Positions 1-8,699 of a DNA stretch of 64,000 bases are shown piece by piece. The DNA comes from Verrucomicrobiota bacterium (GTDB lineage: Bacteria; Verrucomicrobiota; Verrucomicrobiia; Chthoniobacterales; Chthoniobacteraceae), in the NCBI GenBank assembly GCA_037142835.1, contig JBAWZW010000001.1:4592-68591 (forward strand). The letters run 5' to 3'. The notes below the pieces were generated by a model that ran no database searches, was not told where the DNA came from, and saw only the letters and a list, made by a program, of their open reading frames with translations. Each line of letters begins with the position of its first letter. Positions within the stretch are counted from its first letter, which is position 1. The position numbers and the translations under genes were made by a program.

Positions 1-1
1 C

Positions 2-340
2 TCCCCAATCCGCAATAACCGATCTACTCTCTATCTAATTGCTTTCATCATAGTTACTTATGCCATGATGTGTAATATCAAATATGGGATGAATCTTCGC
101 TACACCACCATCTGGGATATGCCTCTTCGTCTGCTTGCTTACACTCAATTAGCCCGACTCACCGCACACTTCGGACCCCGTCAGAAAGTAGTCCTCACGA
201 TCCTCATCATCGCCATTTGTGCCTACGAACTCCGCCAATACGAAATCTTTTTTCAAAAGGGCGCTCTCTACGAACTAGTCTCCGGTGGCCTCCTTCATTG
301 CCTAGACATTCTTAAATTCTCCACCCCCGCTCCCCTCTAA
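2..340 (+). CDS. 3' part of a membrane protein, truncated by the window edge
   Basis: Frame 2 is open from the window start to TAA at 338-340. It has hydrophobic segments (TLYLIAFIIVTYAMM, VVLTILIIAICAY) and is AT-richer than the rest of the window. Confidence 0.55.
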   Translation, partial: SPIRNNRSTLYLIAFIIVTYAMMCNIKYGMNLRYTTIWDMPLRLLAYTQLARLTAHFGPRQKVVLTILIIAICAYELRQYEIFFQKGALYELVSGGLLHCLDILKFSTPAPL

Positions 341-350
341 TCCCCCAACT

Positions 351-380
351 CCATCAGTTCCATCAGTTCCATCAGTTCCA
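351..380. repeat. 9-bp tandem repeat (CCATCAGTT)x3.3
   Basis: ccatcagtt ccatcagtt ccatcagtt cca read directly in the intergenic region. Confidence 0.9.
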
Positions 381-442
381 CCAGCAAATCCTCACCGATT
401 TCCCATCGAATCAGTCGATTATCACTTACCCCCCAAATAAAC

Positions 443-523
443 TGCTCGGAGGGGGACTTGAACCCCCACGCCTTGCGGCATACGCCCCTCAAACGTACGT
501 GTCTGCCATTTCACCATCCGAGC
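443..523 (-). tRNA. tRNA-Leu(GAG)
   Basis: Reverse complement GCTCGGATGGTGAAATGGCAGACACG-TACGT-TTGAGGG-GCGTA-TGCCGCAAGGCG-TGGGGGTTCAAGTCCCCCTCCGAGCA has an acceptor stem, long variable arm and T loop. CCA is not encoded. Confidence 0.95.
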
Positions 524-634
524 TTTCTCCTGAAGAGGGTGAGATCATAACAAGGAAGAAAATCCTCGCAAGAAATTTTCGAAACTTCGCCAAGAAAAAT
601 TTCTGAACGAGCTCTTCCCCCGCTCCGCACTCAC

Positions 635-1933
635 TCAAATCGGTTCGATACACTTCGTCCCCATCGTCATCACCCAAGCGTCCGCCATCGACATTCGCTT
701 CAACTCATGCCCCGCCCCCCAACTATCTGAAAATAAAACCTCTTCGCTGGAGGCATTGTAACCGATGATCAAACGCATATGCCCCCCAGCATTTTGCGGA
801 ATGTTCGGCTCGGGAATCAGCCCCAACATTACCGTCCACAGTAGCGGAACCCCTTGATTGATCTCTGCCTCAATCCGCCTCCGAAACCGCTCGTAATCAG
901 ACCGATTTTTACTCCTAACCTCCTTCAAAATAGACACATCCATCGAGCCGTAAATGCCAGCAATATCAATGACTGGCCCCAGATTCGAAATTTCCCGGAC
1001 CTTGTTTTTCTTCGCAATTCGATTGTACTCCGCGATCAATTTCAATGCCTCGGCAGGCGTTTCCTCCGCCTGAGTATCCCGAAGGCGAAGCCTTAACCGC
1101 GAAACCAAATTCTTCAACGCCCCGTATAACGCCACCGGATTCGTCCCTCCACTCGCAGAACTATTCGCCAACTGCGCCAACTCATTGGCGTCCACAGATT
1201 TACCATAGTAACGCATCACTCGCTCAGCCGCAGCCACTACGCAGTAGCCCTTCGCCCCTTGGTCGACCATCGGAATATCCGCAATCCAAACATCTCCAGA
1301 ATCCCCGTTTTTCTTCAAATGGCTCTGACCAAAAAACTTCTTCGGTTGGGGTCGACTCGCCCCCTCCAAAAGCCCCAACTTCTCCGCCGGTGCCGTCACG
1401 GTCAGCCGAATAAATTCCGCCCGAAACGCCATTCCCCGAGCTTTGTCCGCCTTGGTTTTACTAAACTCCAACACATACTGACTCTGACTATTCACCCAAA
1501 TCAATCTCTCCGCCCTCACTAAATTCGTCGGGTCTTTTCCACGATTCAGAAAAGAGACCCCGCTCGCCTTAGAAATCGCCGCTACCGACTCGCGAACCAG
1601 GGCATCAAATTTCTCCTCAGTTAATTCCCCTGAATCCCCTCGCGCATAAAGGATTAAAGAAATTTGCTTCACCGTATTGCCATCAAAACGCACCACACTT
1701 TCAACTACCGGCCTCCCAAAAATCTCCCGATCAGATAAAGCCACCCGAGCCGAATCCCTCGATCCCGAGGTCCACCGATACCCAAGCCCCGAACCCAAGG
1801 TCATAAAATCATCCGCTTTCAATGACCACACATTCTCCATCGAAACCAATGGATCGAGTGGAATAGCCCAAGCACTCACTCCTCCCCCTGCCCACCAGAG
1901 GAGCATCACCGACGTCTGGAAAATTCGCTTCAC
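635..1933 (-). CDS. Secreted protein with C-terminal C39-like cysteine peptidase domain
   Basis: Signal-peptide-like N-terminus; papain-fold motifs DQGAKGYCVVAA, GGHMRLIIGY and FSDSWG. The GTG start overlaps the aguA stop. Confidence 0.7.
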   Translation of the reverse strand: MKRIFQTSVMLLWWAGGGVSAWAIPLDPLVSMENVWSLKADDFMTLGSGLGYRWTSGSRDSARVALSDREIFGRPVVESVVRFDGNTVKQISLILYARGDSGELTEEKFDALVRESVAAISKASGVSFLNRGKDPTNLVRAERLIWVNSQSQYVLEFSKTKADKARGMAFRAEFIRLTVTAPAEKLGLLEGASRPQPKKFFGQSHLKKNGDSGDVWIADIPMVDQGAKGYCVVAAAERVMRYYGKSVDANELAQLANSSASGGTNPVALYGALKNLVSRLRLRLRDTQAEETPAEALKLIAEYNRIAKKNKVREISNLGPVIDIAGIYGSMDVSILKEVRSKNRSDYERFRRRIEAEINQGVPLLWTVMLGLIPEPNIPQNAGGHMRLIIGYNASSEEVLFSDSWGAGHELKRMSMADAWVMTMGTKCIEPI

Positions 1934-2985
1934 TCAACCAAAGGTTGTTGCTGGGTCAAACAGTGAAAAGCTCCCAGCCCCCAAATGAGTTCCCGACAGT
2001 CGATCGGGACGACTTCTCGGTCGGGAAACGCTTTCTCCAAAATCGCCCGCGCCCACTTATCATGGGGATCAGCAAAAATCGGCAGCAACACCACCCGATT
2101 GCCAATATAAAAGTTCGCGTAACTAGCCGGCAACCGCTGCCCTTCACGAATGATCTTCCGCGGCATCGGAAGGGTGTGCACCTGCAGTGGCGATCCATCC
2201 TCAACCTGCATCCCCCTCAATGCCTCAAGGTTCACTTGCAACGCCGTATAATTACTGTCGTTCGTGTCCTCCTCCACCGCCGTCACCACCGCTGTGCGAC
2301 TGATAAACCGGGTCAAATCATCAATATGCCCGTCCGTATCGTCTCCCTCAATTCCATCACCCAACCACAAAATATTCGTCACCCCAAAAAAATCTTTCAG
2401 ACGTTGCTCAATCTGCTTCTGACTCAAATCAGGGTTGCGGTTCGGATTGAGCAAACAAGACCGCGTGGTCAGCAATGTACCCGATCCGTTGACCTCAATC
2501 GATCCACCTTCCAAGACCATTTTCGGGAAGTAAATCGGGAGCCCCTGAGCCTCCGCAATTCGCTTCGGCACATCATCGTCAAAGTCGAATGGTGGATATT
2601 TCCATCCCCAAGCATTGTAGTCCCAATCCACAATCACCACCCGCGGTGCTTCTCCCCGAGTCAGATAAATCGGCCCATGATCACGACACCACGGCTCGTT
2701 AATCGGAATCCGAAAAAAACTCACGTGGTCGATGGTAATTCCCGCGTCCAGAAGGTGTCCGCGCACCAGATTCTCATGCTCCGCATCGCAGACATTAATC
2801 CGAACCAACTCCGATCGGCCAAGTGCTTCAACCATCGCTACTAACGCTGGCACAATCCGATCGTACGCATCAGGAAAACTAATCCCCTCCCGACGAGGCC
2901 AAGACATCCACGTCGCTTCGTGGGGCTCCCACTCCGCGGGCATTCGATAGCCAAGTTGCGCAGGCGACTGCCCGCTGGACGGCAT
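1930..2985 (-). CDS. aguA: Agmatine deiminase (peptidylarginine deiminase family)
   Basis: RMPAEWEPH, WCRDHGP, LEGGSI, DDTDGHID and GAFHCLTQQ motifs. The start could be at 3006. Confidence 0.93.
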   Translation of the reverse strand: MPSSGQSPAQLGYRMPAEWEPHEATWMSWPRREGISFPDAYDRIVPALVAMVEALGRSELVRINVCDAEHENLVRGHLLDAGITIDHVSFFRIPINEPWCRDHGPIYLTRGEAPRVVIVDWDYNAWGWKYPPFDFDDDVPKRIAEAQGLPIYFPKMVLEGGSIEVNGSGTLLTTRSCLLNPNRNPDLSQKQIEQRLKDFFGVTNILWLGDGIEGDDTDGHIDDLTRFISRTAVVTAVEEDTNDSNYTALQVNLEALRGMQVEDGSPLQVHTLPMPRKIIREGQRLPASYANFYIGNRVVLLPIFADPHDKWARAILEKAFPDREVVPIDCRELIWGLGAFHCLTQQQPLVE

Positions 2986-3009
2986 GATGTGCATAGGCGG
3001 TACCATTGG

Positions 3010-3891
3010 TCAGTCGATATAACGTTTCTGCATCTCCCCGTAGGCATCAATCCGACGATCTCGGAAAAATGGCCAATGCGTCCTCTGGGTATTCAGGGCG
3101 GTAAGATCGGCATCAACAATCAAAATTTCCTCCTCATTCGCCGACGCTTTCGCAACGATCTGCCCCGAGGGATCCACCACAAAACTTTGCCCCCAAAACT
3201 CGATCCCCTCTCCCCCATCAGGTGCCTCGTGCCCCACCCGATTGGGCACCGCAACATAACAACCATTGGCGATCGCGTGCGATCGTTGAATGGTTTCCCA
3301 AGCGTCGTGCTGGCGACGACCATAGGCCGCTTTTTCGCTGGGATGCCACCCGATCGCCGTAGGAAAGAAAAGAATCTCCGCCCCCGCCATCGCGGTCAAT
3401 CGGGCGGACTCGGGAAACCATTGATCCCAACAAATACACACCCCGATCTTCGCAAATTTTGTCTGCCAAGCTCGAAAACCTAAGTCTCCAGGGGTGAAGT
3501 AAAACTTCTCATAAAAGAGCGGGTCATCGGGAATGTGCATCTTCCGATACTTCCCAAGATAGCTCCCATCGGCATCGATAATTGCCACCGTGTTGTGGTA
3601 AAGACCAGGACCCCGCCTTTCAAATAAAGAGGCAATGATGACAATCCCCCGCTCCTTAGCCAGAACTCCAAGGGCGTGGGTGCTCGGCCCGGGAATCTCT
3701 TCGGCAAGGTCAAAGTATTTATGATCTTCAACTTGGCAAAAGTATTCCGAAGTAAAAAGCTCCTGCAGGCAAACAATCTGCGCCCCAAGCTCGGCCGCCT
3801 CAATCGTCTTCGCCATTGCTTTGGCTAAGTTGATCTTCGGCTCCGCAGAGCAACGCATTTGCACGAGACCGAGACGGACTTGGTTTTGCAT
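3010..3891 (-). CDS. aguB: N-carbamoylputrescine amidohydrolase (CN-hydrolase)
   Basis: LQELF, YRKMHIPDDP and ICWDQWFPE (E-K-C triad); adjacent to aguA. Confidence 0.9.
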   Translation of the reverse strand: MQNQVRLGLVQMRCSAEPKINLAKAMAKTIEAAELGAQIVCLQELFTSEYFCQVEDHKYFDLAEEIPGPSTHALGVLAKERGIVIIASLFERRGPGLYHNTVAIIDADGSYLGKYRKMHIPDDPLFYEKFYFTPGDLGFRAWQTKFAKIGVCICWDQWFPESARLTAMAGAEILFFPTAIGWHPSEKAAYGRRQHDAWETIQRSHAIANGCYVAVPNRVGHEAPDGGEGIEFWGQSFVVDPSGQIVAKASANEEEILIVDADLTALNTQRTHWPFFRDRRIDAYGEMQKRYID

Positions 3892-4007
3892 AAAATAACT
3901 AGAAAAGAGACTGCCGTGAAAAAATCCGGGGCGCAAATCGTTGCGGGAGGATGACTTCGTCGCTAAAGTTGCCGGAAGTCTCTTCCCCCACTATTCCCTC
4001 GGAACGC

Positions 4008-4613
4008 TTATTTAATGGAAGCCGCGGGAACAATCTTAACCGTTTCCAAGCTGACTCGGCTCAGTGGCTTACTTGGCTCACCTCCTCCACTGGCTTTAAC
4101 CTCCGTCTGGCCAAGCTTCTGCAAAACGTCCACACCCTTAATCAAACGACCAAATGCCGTATACTTCTGATCGAGTTGAGGAGTCGGCCCGAGGCAGATG
4201 AAGAACTGGCAACTTGCGGAATCAGGACTCGACGAGCGAGCCATCGAAATCACCCCCAACTCGTGCTTGCTATCGTTAAACTCCGCTTTGATTTTTGCAT
4301 CCGCACTTCCCGTCCCCCAGCGCGCCTCTTGGCTGGGATCCTTCGAAAGTGGATCGCCTCCTTGAATCATAAATCCTTTGATGATGCGGTGAAATGCCGT
4401 CCCATCATAGAATCCGCTCTTCGCCAGCTTGATGAAATTAGCCACTGTATTAGGTGCCTTGTCTGGCCAAAATTCCACGACCATTTCGCCCGCAGAAGTC
4501 TTCAGCACAGCGACTTCCTTATCTGGATTTCCATCGGCGGAGAATCCCGTGGATGCAATAACCACCGCCAAAGTAATGCCAGTGAACCAAAAGGATCGGA
4601 GTAATTTTTTCAT
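4008..4613 (-). CDS. Periplasmic cyclophilin-type peptidyl-prolyl isomerase
   Basis: FYDGTAFHRIIKGFMIQGGDP and SMARSSSPDSASCQFFI motifs; signal peptide from MKKLL. Confidence 0.92.
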   Translation of the reverse strand: MKKLLRSFWFTGITLAVVIASTGFSADGNPDKEVAVLKTSAGEMVVEFWPDKAPNTVANFIKLAKSGFYDGTAFHRIIKGFMIQGGDPLSKDPSQEARWGTGSADAKIKAEFNDSKHELGVISMARSSSPDSASCQFFICLGPTPQLDQKYTAFGRLIKGVDVLQKLGQTEVKASGGGEPSKPLSRVSLETVKIVPAASIK

Positions 4614-4757
4614 AGAATCAACACCTTTGCCACGCCTCACCGAGTCTGTCACGCGGAGAAAATTTGCCAGACAAATCCGTCGCCCTCTCACCGATTCGCG
4701 TTCACATAGGAGGGTTGCAAGGCTGACCGAGACCGCTACTATACCCAAACGCTTTTC

Positions 4758-5642
4758 ATGAAATTTTACGCCCTACTTTTCCTGTCCGTCTTTGAAGTGT
4801 CTTCCATCTACGGCCAACAATCCCCTGCTCCAGAACAAAATCCGCAGGTCCTCCTCGCTCAATCTGCCCCACCAAAAGCACCCGCGGTGACCTCAATCGA
4901 AGGCTCTGGAACGAAAGACTCCGTTGCTCGCGGACGAACCACCACCACCACGCCGTCAACCACCACACCCCCATCAATCACCCTCCTCAAGCAAATCGAA
5001 AACGGAGGCTGGGCGATCATCGTCTTGGCCCTCCTCTCCGTTGTCATGGTCATGATGGTGATCGTTTACTTTTTTAGCCTGCGACGCGGGTCAATCGTTT
5101 CCCCTCAATACTTAAACACTGCGGAAGTTCTCCTCAAAAAACGCGACTACCTTGGCCTCCTCGCCATCTCCAATCGCCATACCGAAACGGTCGCACAAGT
5201 GATTCGCCTCACCTTGGATTTCGCCACAAAAAATCCCACCGCCAACTACGATGTCATCCGCGAAATCGCCGAGACCGCCGCAGGCGCTCACGCAGCCGCA
5301 CTCCAACACCGAACGGTGTACTTGGCAGATATCGGCATGCTCGCCCCCATGATTGGTCTCCTCGGTACGGTTTTCGGAATCATCAGTTCTTTTAGTGACC
5401 TCGCCACTGGAGATGCCCGTGACGCCGGCTTGGCTGGCGGAGTCTCCGCCGCACTCGTCGCCACCGCTGGAGGCTTAATCCTCGGGATTGTCTCGATGTT
5501 TTTCTACGCCCTCTTTCGAAACCGCGTGCAAACATTAATCTCCGACCTCGAAGTCGCTACCGCCCAAATTCTCGCCCTCGTCGCGATCAACTATGACAAA
5601 AAACGCGAGTCTTCGAAAACCGCCAAAGACGAGTCATTTTAA
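4758..5642 (+). CDS. MotA/TolQ/ExbB proton-channel family protein
   Basis: LAPMIGLLGTVFGII and ALVATAGGL TM motifs; extra N-terminal signal and Thr/Pro-rich linker. Confidence 0.9.
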   Translation: MKFYALLFLSVFEVSSIYGQQSPAPEQNPQVLLAQSAPPKAPAVTSIEGSGTKDSVARGRTTTTTPSTTTPPSITLLKQIENGGWAIIVLALLSVVMVMMVIVYFFSLRRGSIVSPQYLNTAEVLLKKRDYLGLLAISNRHTETVAQVIRLTLDFATKNPTANYDVIREIAETAAGAHAAALQHRTVYLADIGMLAPMIGLLGTVFGIISSFSDLATGDARDAGLAGGVSAALVATAGGLILGIVSMFFYALFRNRVQTLISDLEVATAQILALVAINYDKKRESSKTAKDESF

Positions 5643-5651
5643 TCGCGCACC

Positions 5652-6065
5652 ATGAATCTTCGTAAACGCGCCGCCCCCCAAGTCCTTGGCTTCCAAATCG
5701 CCCCGATGGTCGACATCCTCCTCGTTCTCCTCTGCTTCTTTATTGTCACTTGGAGTTTCGCAAAAAAAGAACTCGACCTCAAAGTCCGCATTCCTCTCGC
5801 CGAAAATGCCAAAGAATCACCATCAACCGTTAACCAAACCGTTCTCAATGTCCGGGCGGATGGCGAGGTGATCTGGAACAGTAAGCCGGTCCCCCAAGCC
5901 GAATTAGTCAGCCGACTAAAAGATCTCTCCGACATCTATCCCGACTACTCCATCATTGTCCGAGGTGACGAACACGCCGAATACCGCCACATCTCCGCGG
6001 TGCTCGATACCTGCCGCGAGGCGAACATTTGGAATGTGGCCTTCGCTACCCGCAAATCGAAATGA
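5652..6065 (+). CDS. ExbD/TolR biopolymer transport protein
   Basis: IAPMVDILLVLLCFF TM with the conserved Asp; IVRGDEHAEY; follows the ExbB-like gene. Confidence 0.9.
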   Translation: MNLRKRAAPQVLGFQIAPMVDILLVLLCFFIVTWSFAKKELDLKVRIPLAENAKESPSTVNQTVLNVRADGEVIWNSKPVPQAELVSRLKDLSDIYPDYSIIVRGDEHAEYRHISAVLDTCREANIWNVAFATRKSK

Positions 6066-8602
6066 AGCGAGAAATTTTTGCCAGTGTCAGTTTGCTCAGT
6101 TGTTTACTCAGTCACTCACGTGGAGTCGATGCCCCCCCAGCGTCGCTTTTAAAGCCGTTTCTTGATGATTCCAGTCAGCCAATTCCGCGCGCTGAGCCAG
6201 TGAATAAGCCGATTCCGCGCGCCGAAGCCGTGGAGAAACCCATCCCGCGTTCTGAACCAGTCACGACGACACCCAAGTCACCCAACCCACCGGGAACCGT
6301 GAAACCAGCCGAGATCAGTGACCCCAACACCATTCGAATCACCCCCAGTGGCACGCTCCGCTCGCCAGCCCAGCTGCAAGTGGATGTCGCCAACGCCTAC
6401 TACGCACAAAAGAAATTTGAACAGGCCGCTCCTGAATACGAAAAATTCCTTTCCCTTTATCCCAACGCCAGCGAACGCCCCGAAGCCCTCTTCCGTTTAG
6501 GAGAATGCTATCGACTCAGCGGAACAACCAACGCCGCCAAAAATACCTACGAAACGCTCCTTGCTCAGTTTCAAAATGGCGACTTTATCGGTCCCGCAGC
6601 TTACCAACTCGCACAACTCTACTTTGCGGACCGCCAATATCGCGACGCCTTAAGCCTCTATCGAAAGGCCGCCGTTCGCCTCAAAGACCCTCTCGCCGCC
6701 AACTCCGCAAAGTTCTTTAGCGGACGTTGCATGGAAGCCCTCGGGCAAAAACTCGAGGCCCGCGTCGCTTACGAAGAGCTCTTAACCCCATCCGAGAACA
6801 ACCCTTTTCAAGACGCCAGCCGACTCTCGGTTGCCCTCCTTCTCAAAGACAGCGGTCGCAATCCCGAAGCCCTTCGGCAAATCCAAATCCTCGCCGCTAA
6901 AACAGAAAACCCCGATATCAAACTCGAGTCCACAGTGCGAAGTGGCCTCTGGTCCCTCGAAGTCACTCCCCCACAAACCCCCTTGGCAGACGCCGCTTTT
7001 AAAAAAGCCATTACCCTACCCGGTTCCGCTCACTGGAAAGAAATTGCCCAACTCGGGATTTTGCGGATCGCTTTTGATGCGGGAAAATATCAGCAGGTTG
7101 TCGACGCCTATAATCGCCCAGGTTCCCCAACCCCCGTCAACCTCCGAGCAGAGTTTCTGATTATCGTGGGGAACTCTTTCCGCCAATTAAATAAGACCGA
7201 CGAAGCTCTCAAAATCTTCGATCAAGTAGCCAAGGAATTTCCAGACACAGCCTACGCCAAAGATGCCCAGTATGAGCGCCTTAAGATGCTCTACAGCAGC
7301 GGTGATGCCCAAGCACTCACGGCCATCGACCAGTATTTAACCGCCAATCCCGAAGGCGAAAAACACGATCAAATCTTGCTGATGAAGGCGGAGCTCTTTT
7401 TCAAAAAACAAGACTACGCCACCGCCGCCCCCATTTACTCCGCCCTCGAACTCTCCCGCCAACTCAGCGGAACCATGAAAGCGGAGGCTCTCTTTAAACT
7501 CGGGTGGTGTCAAAAAGCCTTGGGAGCGACTTCCCAAGCGACCAAAGCTTTCACCGCCTTTATCGATGGCTACCCAACCCACAAACTGGTTTCCGGGGCC
7601 ATGATTCAACGCGGAATCTGCTGGGAATCGCAGAAAAATTATGGCGCCGCCTTGGCCGACTACAGTGACATTATCCAAAAGTTTCCCCAATCGAAGGAGC
7701 GCGAACTCGCCCTCCAGCGAAAGGCACTCATTCTTGGGACCCAAAGCGACGACGCCAAAATGGCCGAAGTTTTCAAACTTCTGCTCAAAGACTATCCAAA
7801 GACCAAAGCCCGTGCCGAGGCTGATTACTGGATCGGTGATGTCGCCTTCAGAGCAAAGAATTATAAGGAAGCCGTAGAGTACCTGGAAGAGGCCCGTAAG
7901 CTTGAGCCAGATCAATACGGCGAAAAGACGAGCATTCGCTTACTTCAATCCCATTACTATTTAGAGGATAAGGTCGCCACCGCTAAAGAGATCGAATTCA
8001 ATGCCAAAGTAGGAAAATACGCCGTTCCACCAGAAATTCTTCGCTGGCTTGGTACCGAACTCCATTCTGGAAAGGCTTACGATTCCGCCGAAAAATATCT
8101 CCTCATGCTCACCAAGCGAGACGAGGTCATGCCAGAAGATTTCCGCTTGCTCGGGGATAGCCAATTTGAAATTCAAAAGTTCCGCGAGGCCACAGTCTCC
8201 TTCCGGACTTACGCCGAAAAAGTCAAGGGATCCGCCCAACGCGCCACCGCCTTGCTCACTTTAGCCAAAGCACAAATTGCCCTCCGAGACTTTGACTCCG
8301 CTCAAAAGTCTGTCGATGAAGCCGTTGCCCTCCAACCCGAAGGCGATATTAACGGAGAAGCTAAAGTCCGGGCGGGTGACATTCAGTTGGCTCGTGGCAA
8401 CCCCGCAGAAGCCGCGAAACTTTACGAAACGGTTTTTCTAGCAGGAATCGATCACCCAGAAATCACTCCCCGAGCTCTCTCTAAAGCGATCCAAGCAACC
8501 AAACTCGCCCAAGTGGCTGGGAGTGAAGAAAAAGTGAAAAAGTTAACCAACCTCCTGCAAAGCCGCTACCCCGAGTACGTCCAAGGGAACAAAATTCCTT
8601 AA
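6062..8602 (+). CDS. Large exported tetratricopeptide-repeat protein
   Basis: Signal peptide (MKREIFASVSLL), Pro-rich linker and many TPR-like units (EALFRLGECY, EALFKLGWCQ, EADYWIG). ATGA overlap with exbD. Confidence 0.85.
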   Translation: MKREIFASVSLLSCLLSHSRGVDAPPASLLKPFLDDSSQPIPRAEPVNKPIPRAEAVEKPIPRSEPVTTTPKSPNPPGTVKPAEISDPNTIRITPSGTLRSPAQLQVDVANAYYAQKKFEQAAPEYEKFLSLYPNASERPEALFRLGECYRLSGTTNAAKNTYETLLAQFQNGDFIGPAAYQLAQLYFADRQYRDALSLYRKAAVRLKDPLAANSAKFFSGRCMEALGQKLEARVAYEELLTPSENNPFQDASRLSVALLLKDSGRNPEALRQIQILAAKTENPDIKLESTVRSGLWSLEVTPPQTPLADAAFKKAITLPGSAHWKEIAQLGILRIAFDAGKYQQVVDAYNRPGSPTPVNLRAEFLIIVGNSFRQLNKTDEALKIFDQVAKEFPDTAYAKDAQYERLKMLYSSGDAQALTAIDQYLTANPEGEKHDQILLMKAELFFKKQDYATAAPIYSALELSRQLSGTMKAEALFKLGWCQKALGATSQATKAFTAFIDGYPTHKLVSGAMIQRGICWESQKNYGAALADYSDIIQKFPQSKERELALQRKALILGTQSDDAKMAEVFKLLLKDYPKTKARAEADYWIGDVAFRAKNYKEAVEYLEEARKLEPDQYGEKTSIRLLQSHYYLEDKVATAKEIEFNAKVGKYAVPPEILRWLGTELHSGKAYDSAEKYLLMLTKRDEVMPEDFRLLGDSQFEIQKFREATVSFRTYAEKVKGSAQRATALLTLAKAQIALRDFDSAQKSVDEAVALQPEGDINGEAKVRAGDIQLARGNPAEAAKLYETVFLAGIDHPEITPRALSKAIQATKLAQVAGSEEKVKKLTNLLQSRYPEYVQGNKIP
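6179..6268 (+). repeat. 30-bp coding tandem repeat x3 (PIPRAEPVNK / PIPRAEAVEK / PIPRSEPVTT)
   Basis: Read directly in the DNA and in the translation. Confidence 0.85.
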
Positions 8603-8699
8603 CCCCAAACTCCCCCCATTTCTCTCCTTAGACTTGGATGATTTCGCCCCTCAGCTACTCCCTTGATCGATCCGAGAAAAATCGCCAAACTCCCCAGCT

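Noticed and set aside
351-380. Tandem repeat considered as a CRISPR remnant
   Set aside because: 9-bp units with no spacers and no cas genes.
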